DNA from: an uncultured delta proteobacterium
Lineage (GTDB): Bacteria; Bdellovibrionota; FAC87; UBA2466
DNA: 64,000 nucleotides
Assembly: GCA_963778115.1 (NCBI GenBank)
Contig: CAVZSV010000004.1
Location: 2,144,001-2,208,000 of the forward strand
Direction: 5' to 3'
Below the pieces are notes generated by a model. The model saw only the letters and a list, made by a program, of their open reading frames with translations, was not told where the DNA came from and made no database searches. How positions within the stretch are numbered: the first letter of the stretch is position 1; each line of letters opens with the position of its first letter. Below are positions 52,232 to 62,037 of the stretch, one piece after another. The position numbers and the translations under genes were made by a program.

Positions 52232-53062
52232 ATGTTTACGTTACTCCTTCAAACTTTTCGGCACATCTTTCGTACTCGACTCGTGTTCTTGCTGGTCGGA
52301 CTCTCCTTTCTCGTACATTGGTTTGGTCTGCATATTCTGACCAATCTCAAAGTTCAACTGCCCGGACAGATGAGTCTGGGTCCTTTGCTTAAAGAACCCG
52401 ATTATCTTTTTATGTCTTTGTTTCTGCAGCTTTTTACGGGGACTTTTCTGGCGGCTGTCTTTGGAATTTGGACAGTGCCCTACCTCCATCAGGGGCAGCG
52501 AGCTCAGTTAACTTTTACGCTTCCTATTGCCAAGTGGAAGTTCCCCCTAGGTTACGCCCTAACGATGCTAGCTTTACTCTTCATCTTACATGCGGTCATG
52601 CTGGGGACCTTTGCGTGGACCTTTGGAATGAAAGGGCTGACCGAGAGTAGAGTACCTTGGTCCTCCGTGGGATTATGCCTTTTAGTTCAAACCATAGCCT
52701 TTGAAGTGATTATGTTCGCGTTTGCGTTGGGATCTCTGATTTTCGGTCAAGTGACCACGTTCTTTATCGGCGTCGCGTCGATCCTTTGGCTTCAGATTAG
52801 CGGAATCATTTTTCGGGTAAGCTTTCTTCCCTGGCAACACATTGCGAATCCCGATGCTCCGCAGTCCCCTTCTCTTTACTATCTAATTTATTCGAGACTT
52901 CCCCCCGTGGGCGAGCTAGCGTTTGACCTGTGGAAGCAGTTTAAGAAGCCCTCTTGGGAGGAGCCCCATTTGGGCCTTTGGATCGCCTGGCTGGTTATTT
53001 TGGGAGGTTTGTTCTATTTTCGCATGACGCGCCCTCCGCGAAGCCGGGTTGCTGAGGGTTAG
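52232..53062 (+). CDS. ABC-2 type transporter permease (putative)
   Basis: about 6 TM segments, directly downstream of the ATPase. Confidence 0.7.
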   Translation: MFTLLLQTFRHIFRTRLVFLLVGLSFLVHWFGLHILTNLKVQLPGQMSLGPLLKEPDYLFMSLFLQLFTGTFLAAVFGIWTVPYLHQGQRAQLTFTLPIAKWKFPLGYALTMLALLFILHAVMLGTFAWTFGMKGLTESRVPWSSVGLCLLVQTIAFEVIMFAFALGSLIFGQVTTFFIGVASILWLQISGIIFRVSFLPWQHIANPDAPQSPSLYYLIYSRLPPVGELAFDLWKQFKKPSWEEPHLGLWIAWLVILGGLFYFRMTRPPRSRVAEG

Positions 53063-53135
53063 TGCTCTGTTCGGCGGCTTCAATCTGAATTATACTTAAA
53101 CTAATCGTCCACTATCTTCATTTGAGGAGCCTTCA

Positions 53136-54245
53136 ATGCGAGTTCCCTTCTCTTTTTTGACAGAACAGTTTGCTGACTCGGAACCCATTTTTAAAAGGAT
53201 GCGTGAATTTCTTAAGCGCTGTGATTTTACTCTCGGTGAAGATCTGGCGGAGTTTGAAAGTCGGTATGCGAAGTACACCGGTGCCAAACACGCGATAGGC
53301 GTAGGAAGCGGCACCGACGCCTTAGCGCTATCCCTTCGAGTCGCGGGAGTTAAGCCGGGGGACGAAGTGATTTCCGCTCCCAATAGCTTTGTGGCTACAA
53401 CGGGGGCCATTGTTCAAGCGGGAGCAAAACCGGTCTATGTTGATGTGACGGAAAACCAAACGATCGACTGTTGTCGAATTGAAGCCGCTATTACGGGGAA
53501 GACCAAAGCGATTCTGCCCGTACATTGGGCCGGTTGTCCCGCCGACATGGAAGAGATCTGTCGCATCGCCGATAGACATCATCTAACGGTCGTAGAGGAT
53601 GCTTGTCAGGCGTTGGGCGCTCGAATTCGGGGAAGACATGTAGGCACTTTTGGTATCGCCGGTGGTTTTAGTACCCATCCGATAAAGCCGCTCCATGTCT
53701 GGGGAGACGGGGGGGTTATCATCACTAATTCGGATAAGCTTGCGACCGAGTTGCGGTTAGTAAGAAACCATGGACTTGAAGGTCGCGATGTGGTCACCCT
53801 CTGGGGGGTCAATAGCCGGTTCGATAATCTTCACGCCATTGTGGGCAATGTCGTGTTTCAATCTCTCGATGCCACCATTGAAAAGCGAATCGCCTTAGCG
53901 AGCCAGTACGATAAAGCTTTTCGACAGGCCAAATTTTCCAGGTTCGTTCAGCCGCCTCCTCGACGATCAGAGCTCAAACATGTCTTTCACCTTTACCTCA
54001 TGAAGGCCGAAAGACGGGATGAATGCTTGGAGTTCCTAAAAGGACAAGGTATCGAGGCAAAAATTCATTATCCTATTCCGCTTCATTTACAGCCAGCGGC
54101 TGCTCCGTGGAAGCTCAAAAAAGGAATGTTTCCCGTCACCGAAGCTCAAAGCACGGATACCCTGACACTTCCGTGCCATCAGTATTTGGAAAATGAGCAC
54201 ATCGACTATGTCGTGGCAAAGGTGGCCCAGTTTTACGGGGTCTGA
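53136..54245 (+). CDS. DegT/DnrJ/EryC1/StrS family sugar aminotransferase
   Basis: GSGTDAL, GDEVI, EDACQA, FSTHPIK (PLP Lys), GDGG, HYPIPLH.Q. Confidence 0.95.
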   Translation: MRVPFSFLTEQFADSEPIFKRMREFLKRCDFTLGEDLAEFESRYAKYTGAKHAIGVGSGTDALALSLRVAGVKPGDEVISAPNSFVATTGAIVQAGAKPVYVDVTENQTIDCCRIEAAITGKTKAILPVHWAGCPADMEEICRIADRHHLTVVEDACQALGARIRGRHVGTFGIAGGFSTHPIKPLHVWGDGGVIITNSDKLATELRLVRNHGLEGRDVVTLWGVNSRFDNLHAIVGNVVFQSLDATIEKRIALASQYDKAFRQAKFSRFVQPPPRRSELKHVFHLYLMKAERRDECLEFLKGQGIEAKIHYPIPLHLQPAAAPWKLKKGMFPVTEAQSTDTLTLPCHQYLENEHIDYVVAKVAQFYGV

Positions 54246-54252
54246 GGTGACT

Positions 54253-55362
54253 GTGAATAAAATCCCATTCGTTGATCTGTTCACGGAAAAGCAATCGGAA
54301 GTCTTAGATTCGATTCTCTCCGACATCAAAGCGGTGGTTTCGAAATCGGAATTTATACTTGGAAATGCGGTTGGAGAGTTCGAAAAATCCTTCGCCCGGG
54401 TTGCTGGCTGTGAGAACGGGGTGGGAGTTAATTCCGGCCTGGATGCGCTCATCTTAAGTCTTAGGGCTTTGAAAATCGGAGAGGGCGACGAAGTGATTAC
54501 CGCACCCAACTCCTTCGTAGCGAGCGCGGCTGCGATTGCGCTGGTGGGCGCAAAACCGGTATTTGTCGATGTGGCTTTTGATTACAATCTAGACCCTGAT
54601 TTGATCGAAACTGCCATCACTTCGAAGACAAAAGCCATCATGCCGGTTCATTTGACTGGAAATCCCTGTCAGATGGATAGGATCGAATCGATAGCCAAGA
54701 AACACCAGCTTAAGATCGTAGAAGACGCGGCTCAAGCCATTGGAGCGACATTTAAGGGTAAGGCCATCGGCTCTTGGAGCGATCTAGGAGCTTTTAGTCT
54801 TCATCCCCTCAAAAATTTGCATGTCTGGGGTGACGGGGGAATGATCACTTGCCAGTCCGGGGAGCTTGAAGCGAGACTTCGTCTTGAACGCAATCATGGT
54901 TTGAAGAATCGCGATGAAGTGGAGTTTTTTTCTTACAACAGCAGATTAGATACTATTCAGGCGGTGGTGGGACTTCAGATGTTGCGACTCTTGCCGGAGA
55001 CGACGGAATCCAGAATCAAAAACGCCATGAGGTATCGTGAAGTCCTGGGAGAATTAGAAGAGTTTATTACCCTGCCTCCCGTCGATGCCAAAGCAAAACA
55101 CGTTTACCATGTTTTCCAGGTGAGGGCGAAAAGGCGGGATGAATTAAAGACGTACCTTGCCGAGCAAGGAATCGACACCAAAGTTCACTACCCTATTCCC
55201 ATCCACCACCAAAAGGCGGCCTCCTATCTCAACTACCGTAAAGGGATGTTTCCCGTGACCGAGCAGTTAGCGACCGAGATACTTTCGGTGCCGGTGAGAG
55301 AAAACCTGACTCAGTCCGAGCAGGACAGGATTTGTGAGGCGATTAAGAAGTTTTATCGGTAG
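54253..55362 (+). CDS. DegT/DnrJ/EryC1/StrS family sugar aminotransferase (tandem paralog)
   Basis: NSGLDAL, EDAAQA, FSLHPLKNL.VWGDGG, NSRLD; GTG 54253 with GAGGTG RBS. Confidence 0.95.
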   Translation: MNKIPFVDLFTEKQSEVLDSILSDIKAVVSKSEFILGNAVGEFEKSFARVAGCENGVGVNSGLDALILSLRALKIGEGDEVITAPNSFVASAAAIALVGAKPVFVDVAFDYNLDPDLIETAITSKTKAIMPVHLTGNPCQMDRIESIAKKHQLKIVEDAAQAIGATFKGKAIGSWSDLGAFSLHPLKNLHVWGDGGMITCQSGELEARLRLERNHGLKNRDEVEFFSYNSRLDTIQAVVGLQMLRLLPETTESRIKNAMRYREVLGELEEFITLPPVDAKAKHVYHVFQVRAKRRDELKTYLAEQGIDTKVHYPIPIHHQKAASYLNYRKGMFPVTEQLATEILSVPVRENLTQSEQDRICEAIKKFYR

Positions 55363-55381
55363 TGCTGCCCCAATGGCCTAT

Positions 55382-55414
55382 GGGTTGCTTCGTCCTTTCA
55401 CTTCTAGCAATGAC
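55382..55414. repeat. degenerate right half of the palindromic element at 9637-9747
   Basis: GGGTTGCTTCGTCCTTTCACTTCTAGCAATGAC aligns with GGGTGCCACGTCGCTTCGCTCCTCGCCATGAC (9715-9746). Confidence 0.5.
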
Positions 55415-55444
55415 CTAAAAGACGTCGGAACCTTGCAATCCAAT

Positions 55445-56374
55445 TTAATCTAACTTTTCGGGGAGTGAATAAAGGAAGTTTTCGGCGATTTTGTCGATTC
55501 CCTGCGTCCACTTGAGAGCGTAAGTGCCAGGAGTTCGGTTATCAACGGAGTTAAGTGTCGAGACGATGGTTGCCGAGTTTGGATCATCGCGAAACTGATC
55601 GGTCATTTTGAGTCTGAGCGCGGTTAGGTTTAGATAGGATTGAAAAAGGCCCTTTCCCAGTCGGAGATCCCCCGTCAAAGAGCCATCCATGTCGCTCTCC
55701 TTCCCTCCCCACTGAAGCCCTCCGATATCCACGTTTCCATTCTTTGCGAAAAGTTTCGCCTGAAGATTTCCAAATCTGATAGGGGGTATCACAATTCCCT
55801 GTAGATTAGCTCCGGGGGATCTTAATTTGTCGATGGTTAGTCTGACGGTACCGTTGGTTTTCGAAAGATCAGTGAGATCCAAGGATACATAGCCGTCTCC
55901 CGTCACGACTCCTGACAAGAGATCAGAGGGACTTGACCCCAATCCAAGTTGATCGAGATGAACGCCGTCCGCTTCAAAGGACACGGAACAGCTGGATAGC
56001 TGTTGACCGCGGCTTTGGAGTTGACTCAACTTTAGATACAAGTCGCCTCCCTTTTTCATGCCCTTTACGGAAACGGAGTACGAAAGACTTGGAGGAATAA
56101 GCCCTCCAATGCCGACCCGCAACGTAATCTTCTGAGCCGAGATATCGAGCTCTTCCCCTAAGATTTGAGGAGGGAGCGTTGCAGTGACGTTGCGCAAGCC
56201 AATGCCAGGCCATCCCAGAAGGGTTAGATACATGTCTTCTGAGACGATAAGAACTCCGGTCTGCTTATAAATTTTATTGAAGATAAATCCGCGAAGATTC
56301 TGAAAAGGAAATCCAATCAGAACAAAAAAGAAGAAAAGTCCGAGACAGATAAATATCGTCGTAGAGCGTTTCAT
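55445..56374 (-). CDS. gspN: type II secretion system protein GspN (delta-type)
   Basis: N-terminal TM followed by GFP, beta-rich; last gene of the gsp operon. Confidence 0.75.
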   Translation of the reverse strand: MKRSTTIFICLGLFFFFVLIGFPFQNLRGFIFNKIYKQTGVLIVSEDMYLTLLGWPGIGLRNVTATLPPQILGEELDISAQKITLRVGIGGLIPPSLSYSVSVKGMKKGGDLYLKLSQLQSRGQQLSSCSVSFEADGVHLDQLGLGSSPSDLLSGVVTGDGYVSLDLTDLSKTNGTVRLTIDKLRSPGANLQGIVIPPIRFGNLQAKLFAKNGNVDIGGLQWGGKESDMDGSLTGDLRLGKGLFQSYLNLTALRLKMTDQFRDDPNSATIVSTLNSVDNRTPGTYALKWTQGIDKIAENFLYSLPEKLD

Positions 56375-57024
56375 GTTCCTTCATCCTCGGCTTGGAATAG
56401 ATAGGCTACGACTCCCATTTCGACGTTCATATAGCCTCTTAGCTGGTCGTCATTGGAGATCTTAAGAGAGGAGATACTGAGGTTATAGGGACCGAATTCG
56501 ATATTTTGCAAAAACGAATGTAGCTGCGTCAGATTTACGCGCTCCAGCTTAACGGTCGCTTGCTTTAACTTAACCTCTTGGCCCCCTTTTGACTCTTCTT
56601 CCGAAGCCTCCGACTTCTCTTCGGCCTTTACCATTCGGGGAGAGATATTGGCCCCTTTGGCCTCTTCCACGATAAGATTTTTAAGGGCGTCGGGAGCGGC
56701 AAGCTGATTGTTTCGTTCTAGATTTTGGATTTGCGCCTCTTGGCCTCGACGAGTGGTCTGGTATTGCAGGAGCATGTTTACCATCGCACCCGCTTTTTCG
56801 GCTTTAGCGGCACTTGTCCAGTAGGAGAGATAGGTAGTGAGTACGAGAAGCCCTACAAAAGCCATCAACCCTATTCCGCTTCCAATGATGACCTGACGCT
56901 GCTGTTTGGGGGGAAGACTTCCGAATCGATCGTAGAGCATCCCGATGTACTTATTTTCGTACAGGACCGCTAGCATCGGAGCGTTTTGCTTGATCCAATC
57001 CTTAAGCTGATTCCATTTATTCAT
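56371..57024 (-). CDS. gspM: type II secretion system protein GspM-like
   Basis: TM plus V.LE.VNL.QL..FL..IE ferredoxin-like domain; operon position. Confidence 0.7.
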   Translation of the reverse strand: MNKWNQLKDWIKQNAPMLAVLYENKYIGMLYDRFGSLPPKQQRQVIIGSGIGLMAFVGLLVLTTYLSYWTSAAKAEKAGAMVNMLLQYQTTRRGQEAQIQNLERNNQLAAPDALKNLIVEEAKGANISPRMVKAEEKSEASEEESKGGQEVKLKQATVKLERVNLTQLHSFLQNIEFGPYNLSISSLKISNDDQLRGYMNVEMGVVAYLFQAEDEGT

Positions 57025-57026
57025 AG

Positions 57027-58625
57027 CTATCTCCCCACCACTTCGCCCTTAAAGGTGAAGCGCTGGCCGTCTCTCTCAAGTGTCACATGGTTAAAGGAAG
57101 CGACTTTCTTAAGAGCTTCCGTCACGCGATCAAGATTTCCGTCGTATAAAACGCCTTCTACCTTTAGGGTGCGGTCATCAAGGGCCAGAGTATTTACGTC
57201 GACTTTAACTTCCGGTGGGAATGACTCGCTGACTGCCCGAACCAGGCCCAACATGGGAGTTCGGTTCTTGGAAACCATTTTTAACCGTTGAGTTAACTCG
57301 TTGTTCTTTTGGTCGATGAATTTCTTGAGAGATTTGGGGTCGCTCAAAAGAGAGTTGCGAGTCTTTTGATTAACACTGTGAAAGGTATCGCTAAAGACTT
57401 TCCTTAACTCCTCATTGGATCGGTGGGCCTCTTCGTCAGCCAAGTAGCCCAAAATGAAAATCCCAAGAAAAAGAACACCGGCAAGAAGTCCGGCGTAGCC
57501 CGCGAGTTTGATGACATCGGGATCCTTTAGGAGTGTTGTGACTCCTTTAAGCTCAGTACCTTTCGCGAGATCACCCGTTCGGAAATTGAAAAGGAGCCCC
57601 GATTTGCGCCCGAACACGAGAGCGCGGCCTAGAGGCTCTCCGAACTGCATTTCGTGAGAGACGTCCACTTCCCGACCGAAGGCCACGGTATTAAAGGGTC
57701 GAAAAAAACTTACGGGAATTCCAATGCCCTTGGCGAGGAATTCGTCGATGCCTCGCAATTTTGCCGTTCCTCCTGTGAGAAGGATCTTTGAAGTTTCCAG
57801 TTTGTATTGGCTTCGAAAGCCTCCCAAATTGTGATTGAGCTCGGTGAAAAAAGAGGAAAAAGCGCGCCCTGTAGCGCTTATCATGTCCTCCATCTCTTGG
57901 GTTTCCACGGAAAAGTCTTCATCCAAACGCAGTTCTTTAATTTTCTTAGCTTCGGCTTCCTCGATAGAGATTCCAAGGGCACTTGCTATCGCTTGAGTAA
58001 TGGCCGATCCGCCCCAATTGAGACTTCGAAAGAGTTCCAGTCGATTCTGATCCAATACCGCAATATTGGTTTTGACGTGGCCGACATCCATGAGAAGAAC
58101 CGGCCCTGGCGGGATCTCAGCGCCTTTTTGGGCGATGGACGCGAGGTATAAGTTAACCAGGCCCATTCCTTCAAAGGTGAGCCAATCAGGATCAACGCCT
58201 ACGTTTTTGAGCCATTCCAAGTAGGTTTGGATATGGCGGCGAGGAGCTATTGCCGCAAATACAATATGTCCTTCTTTGGTCGGGTAAAGGTGATGTTCCA
58301 CTACCGAGTCGTCGAGTTTGAAAGGGACATTATCTTCGAGATCGAACTTGAAACTTTGTTCCACTTTCTTGGCTTGCTTCAAAGGAACTTGCAAAAATCG
58401 AAGTGCTGTTTGGGCCGCCGGAAGGCTCGTAACGACTTTTTCGGGATGGCTGGGAAGCCGTGCCATCAGTTCGGCGACTGCTTTTTGGTAGGCGGCTGTC
58501 GGGTCAAGATTTTGAAGGGGAAGGCGAACCTCGTGGAGATCTAAGACCTCGATTCGACGAAATCGAGATTCCATCTCTACCGCCTTTAGACTCCAACCGC
58601 CAAATTCGATTCCAAGAATTCTCAT
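57027..58625 (-). CDS. gspL: type II secretion system protein GspL (PilM-like actin fold + TM + PilN-like domain)
   Basis: LGIEFG..S.K.VE, VPF, MDVGH..T, GG..IT, LTGG. Confidence 0.85.
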   Translation of the reverse strand: MRILGIEFGGWSLKAVEMESRFRRIEVLDLHEVRLPLQNLDPTAAYQKAVAELMARLPSHPEKVVTSLPAAQTALRFLQVPLKQAKKVEQSFKFDLEDNVPFKLDDSVVEHHLYPTKEGHIVFAAIAPRRHIQTYLEWLKNVGVDPDWLTFEGMGLVNLYLASIAQKGAEIPPGPVLLMDVGHVKTNIAVLDQNRLELFRSLNWGGSAITQAIASALGISIEEAEAKKIKELRLDEDFSVETQEMEDMISATGRAFSSFFTELNHNLGGFRSQYKLETSKILLTGGTAKLRGIDEFLAKGIGIPVSFFRPFNTVAFGREVDVSHEMQFGEPLGRALVFGRKSGLLFNFRTGDLAKGTELKGVTTLLKDPDVIKLAGYAGLLAGVLFLGIFILGYLADEEAHRSNEELRKVFSDTFHSVNQKTRNSLLSDPKSLKKFIDQKNNELTQRLKMVSKNRTPMLGLVRAVSESFPPEVKVDVNTLALDDRTLKVEGVLYDGNLDRVTEALKKVASFNHVTLERDGQRFTFKGEVVGR

Positions 58626-60116
58626 TTACGTCTCCGACCAAAAAAGAATTTTAACTGCATTCGGGTCCGGCGTCACGGGGGCAGTCCCTGTGCCGGTGCC
58701 CGTTCCGGTTCCCGGTGTTGTGGTACTGGTTCCCGTTCCCCCTGGAGGGGCGGCGCCGGCACCAATCTGGCCGGGACAAACGGGGGCAATTCCGTTGAAT
58801 TGGCAGCATAAAGTCGTTGGGTTCCAGGCTCCCGCCATCCGTTCGCAATCCGACTGACCCGTGGGAGGAGTCTTACATTGGCCCGGCGGCACCCGCGTGT
58901 CCCAAAATCCTGACTGAGTCGTACAATCGTTGGGATTGGTGGCCGGCAAAACCTGCCCTCCGCTTCCTCGTGACAAAGCAACTCCCACACGGATCACTTT
59001 TTGGATTTGGCTTTTGCTTCGAGTGATAATTCCCATGGATTCAATCATGAAGCTTTGGCTGGTCACCGTGAAGGGATATTGCTGCGCGTTCGGATAGAGC
59101 GTTTGAAAGCCGGTTCTGCCCAAATTACTGGTAACGAATTGGACAAATTGAGCTTCGGTCGCCCAAGCCCCCCCGATGCGGGTCTTTTCATCCGATATTT
59201 TTTTGAGATCGTCGTCCGTGAAGTCTCGATAAAGTGCTCTAATCATTTCTGTCGTGGCACTGTTTAGATTGATCTTTCCGTCGTAAGAATAGACGGTGAC
59301 GTAGGGCTTAAGTTTGCTAAAGAGATGATCATCAATGCCCTTCACCATTCGAAGCTCGTCAACACTGTAAAATCGATTTCGTTTGGCTAGGTACGGAGGA
59401 TTTTGCTGCTGATACCATCCGTCTTTATTGCCTCCTGCAAAACTTTGCTGACCGGGAGTGACCCAGTCCATAATGTTATCCACTACCTCTTCGGGGTTGA
59501 GACCGGGGTACTCGTTGTAGGGATCATCCGACTGACTTAAGAAATTTTGCATTAGGTTAATGAGTGTAACGCCCACACTTTGAAAAAGAGTCGTTGCGGG
59601 ATTGGGAAAAACGGGAAAAGTGATTCTCTGATCTCTTTGATCGGGGGGAACAACGAGATAGTTCAAGTTTATCTTGGATGATTCACTGGTGATGACCTCT
59701 GTAAATTTCCCATCCGTGATACTGGTCTCTTTTAGCTCTTTTTGGGCAATATCTTTATCTTCCTTAAGCAATTTATCTAGGGATGAAGCATCCGGTGGAA
59801 AAGCGGGCAAAGGAAGGTTCCATATCATGTCGAGCAATTGAGAGGAGTTTCCCACGGCACTTTTAATATTGGGATCTTTTCTGGCTCTCGCGTATAAAGC
59901 GATACGAAGGAGTCCTACATGAACGCCCGACTTGGCTAAGTAATAAGCTTGCAATTGGTTCAGATCATTATAGGCGAGTTTTCTCTCCACGAACGACTGG
60001 TACTGAAATTCGAGCAAGACGATACTAATAATCATCAGGGCCACTAAGACGGTAATAAGTGCAGCACCCCGCTTGTGCTGTAATTTTCTGCAAAGATGTG
60101 CTCTTAAGTTACGCAT
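58626..60116 (-). CDS. gspK: minor pseudopilin GspK with Cys-rich / Gly-Thr C-terminal insertion
   Basis: RGAALITVL, QAYYLA.SG, ESSKINLN, I.DW, SVDELRMVKG, KINLNSA. Confidence 0.92.
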   Translation of the reverse strand: MRNLRAHLCRKLQHKRGAALITVLVALMIISIVLLEFQYQSFVERKLAYNDLNQLQAYYLAKSGVHVGLLRIALYARARKDPNIKSAVGNSSQLLDMIWNLPLPAFPPDASSLDKLLKEDKDIAQKELKETSITDGKFTEVITSESSKINLNYLVVPPDQRDQRITFPVFPNPATTLFQSVGVTLINLMQNFLSQSDDPYNEYPGLNPEEVVDNIMDWVTPGQQSFAGGNKDGWYQQQNPPYLAKRNRFYSVDELRMVKGIDDHLFSKLKPYVTVYSYDGKINLNSATTEMIRALYRDFTDDDLKKISDEKTRIGGAWATEAQFVQFVTSNLGRTGFQTLYPNAQQYPFTVTSQSFMIESMGIITRSKSQIQKVIRVGVALSRGSGGQVLPATNPNDCTTQSGFWDTRVPPGQCKTPPTGQSDCERMAGAWNPTTLCCQFNGIAPVCPGQIGAGAAPPGGTGTSTTTPGTGTGTGTGTAPVTPDPNAVKILFWSET

Positions 60117-60802
60117 TAAAACTGCACCAAAAAGGGATCGTTGTTGGGGAAGGCGACTTTAAACTCCTCGGCCAGGGTTATCTGATCGGAAGGCAATTTC
60201 CCTTGCACCGTGAGCTTCATTTTCATCGCAAGGGGAAACCTATCGCGGTACTCGCCATTGTCTGAGTTCCAATCTTCCACCCATTTGCCCGCTTTATCGT
60301 CCCAGAAAGAGTAGTCGAGGGAGACGATATTATCCAAGACGGTGTAGACTTTTCCACCCTGATACAGATCGGCATCGATAAATTCGCTTTCGCGTTTCAT
60401 GAGCGACGGGTACTTGTTTCCTTGTCGGGGTTGCAAGAAATAAGAAATCTCGGTCTGTTCGCACTCACGAAGTCCCGCGTAGTACACACGGTGACTCGCT
60501 GAAGTAAAAATAAGATCCTTTTTTCGCCCATCAAATAAGGTATGGGCTACGGGCGAATTTTGGAGAACGGCCGCTTTGGCTTCGTCTCCCAAGTCATCGT
60601 AGGGGACGTGAAAGGCCTGACTGAGATCAAAGCGCATCATGGATATGGCGGCACGGACTCCATCGTATAGGTCGATCTGTTGAAAGGCCTCTTTTTTGGT
60701 ATTTTGCAGCTGCTGAATGTGGCGCACGGTGGCCAAAGCGATAAAGACGAAAATCGCAAGCGCTAACAATGTTTCGATGAGAGTAAACCCGCTGCGGTTC
60801 AT
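60116..60802 (-). CDS. gspJ: minor pseudopilin GspJ
   Basis: prepilin site GFTLIE, DLSQA, W.EDWNS, P.A. Confidence 0.85.
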   Translation of the reverse strand: MNRSGFTLIETLLALAIFVFIALATVRHIQQLQNTKKEAFQQIDLYDGVRAAISMMRFDLSQAFHVPYDDLGDEAKAAVLQNSPVAHTLFDGRKKDLIFTSASHRVYYAGLRECEQTEISYFLQPRQGNKYPSLMKRESEFIDADLYQGGKVYTVLDNIVSLDYSFWDDKAGKWVEDWNSDNGEYRDRFPLAMKMKLTVQGKLPSDQITLAEEFKVAFPNNDPFLVQF

Positions 60803-61395
60803 GTTCCACCTGCAGTTCCCGGCTGGGGAGTGGGAGTGGTGGGTGTGGGAGCGGCACCATTGGGTGGAGTGACGGGAAGATCGTAGCGCGCGATGTGAGT
60901 GGTGACGTCGATCTTACGGATTTGTTTTCCCTGCTTCCAATAGACCTCGGCATGCAACTCGCGGAGTGCTTTGCCCATGTAATCGCTGGCAGTCTGCAGA
61001 ATCATCTTTTCGATCATGTTCTCTTGATTGGGATCGGAATTATCGTCTTTACTTTGCTCTTGCTGAGCGACTTGAGCAGCCGTTTGCGACAAGTTGTAGT
61101 CAATTTCTAAACAAGTAGTTCTCCATGAAAAGTCGCTGTAAGGAGCGTCAAAGCGAGCCTCTTTTTTCTTTTCACACCCTTTATCAAAGCCTTCTGTCTC
61201 AAGCTTAGTCTCTAGTTCGACCATGATATTTTGGAGGAGCCAAGTGGCCGTACTTATCTCTTTCGCTTCGCGAGTGGCCCTAACGGAACCATCTGTAACG
61301 CTGAGGGAAGCCACCACCGCCATGACGAAAATGAGCATCGCGACGAGGACTTCTATGAAAGTAAAACCCGATTGGTTTTTTAGAATTTTATTCAC
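60799..61395 (-). CDS. gspI: minor pseudopilin GspI with Pro/Thr-rich tail
   Basis: GFTFIEVLVA; V.W motif; operon order. Confidence 0.8.
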   Translation of the reverse strand: MNKILKNQSGFTFIEVLVAMLIFVMAVVASLSVTDGSVRATREAKEISTATWLLQNIMVELETKLETEGFDKGCEKKKEARFDAPYSDFSWRTTCLEIDYNLSQTAAQVAQQEQSKDDNSDPNQENMIEKMILQTASDYMGKALRELHAEVYWKQGKQIRKIDVTTHIARYDLPVTPPNGAAPTPTTPTPQPGTAGGT

Positions 61396-62030
61396 GGGGT
61401 TCCTCCAAAGGAGTTAACTACCCCCGGAAAGACTTCGACCCGCCCGCCATTGGGATAGATAATGATCGAATATCCTGATGCCGTGGACCCATCTCGTTTT
61501 AAATACAAAATAGCTTGTTCGCTAAATCCGTTAGGAAAGAAATGAACGTAGACCACGCCGTCCTTCCGCAAGCCCTCTCTCTCCTTGAGAACTCCGTCAA
61601 AGATGACGCCATTAGGTAGTTTTTGAGGCTTTTTGAAGAATTTAGACGAAAGGCTGAAATTGGAAGCGGGTTCTTCTTTAAGCGTCTTACCCTTCTTAGG
61701 GGCGGGGTTGTCTTGAGCAGTCAAGAGCTTAAACTCTTTTTGCTCCTCAACCCAATAGGTATTTTTGTCGAGATCCACACTCAGTCGATAGATATTGTTC
61801 AGAAGAATACTGTTATCTCGGATAGTCCTCGCCAATCCCACGAAAGTTCTCGTGGTTGAATTCAAACGCTGGTACGTCACTCGGTCGAGCGCAGGAATAG
61901 CCATCGCCATTACCATAGTGATGATCGCAAGCACGATCATGATCTCGATAAGGGTGAAGCCACCTCGAAGCGAGCGGCGAGTTCCGGGAGAGGATCTTAG
62001 GCGGCCGCGAGACAAATCTTCACGGCCCAC
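61392..62030 (-). CDS. gspH: minor pseudopilin GspH
   Basis: GFTLIEIMIV, F.PNG; probable start GTG 62030 just after the gspG stop. Confidence 0.8.
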   Translation of the reverse strand: MGREDLSRGRLRSSPGTRRSLRGGFTLIEIMIVLAIITMVMAMAIPALDRVTYQRLNSTTRTFVGLARTIRDNSILLNNIYRLSVDLDKNTYWVEEQKEFKLLTAQDNPAPKKGKTLKEEPASNFSLSSKFFKKPQKLPNGVIFDGVLKEREGLRKDGVVYVHFFPNGFSEQAILYLKRDGSTASGYSIIIYPNGGRVEVFPGVVNSFGGTP

Positions 62031-62037
62031 CAGGTTG

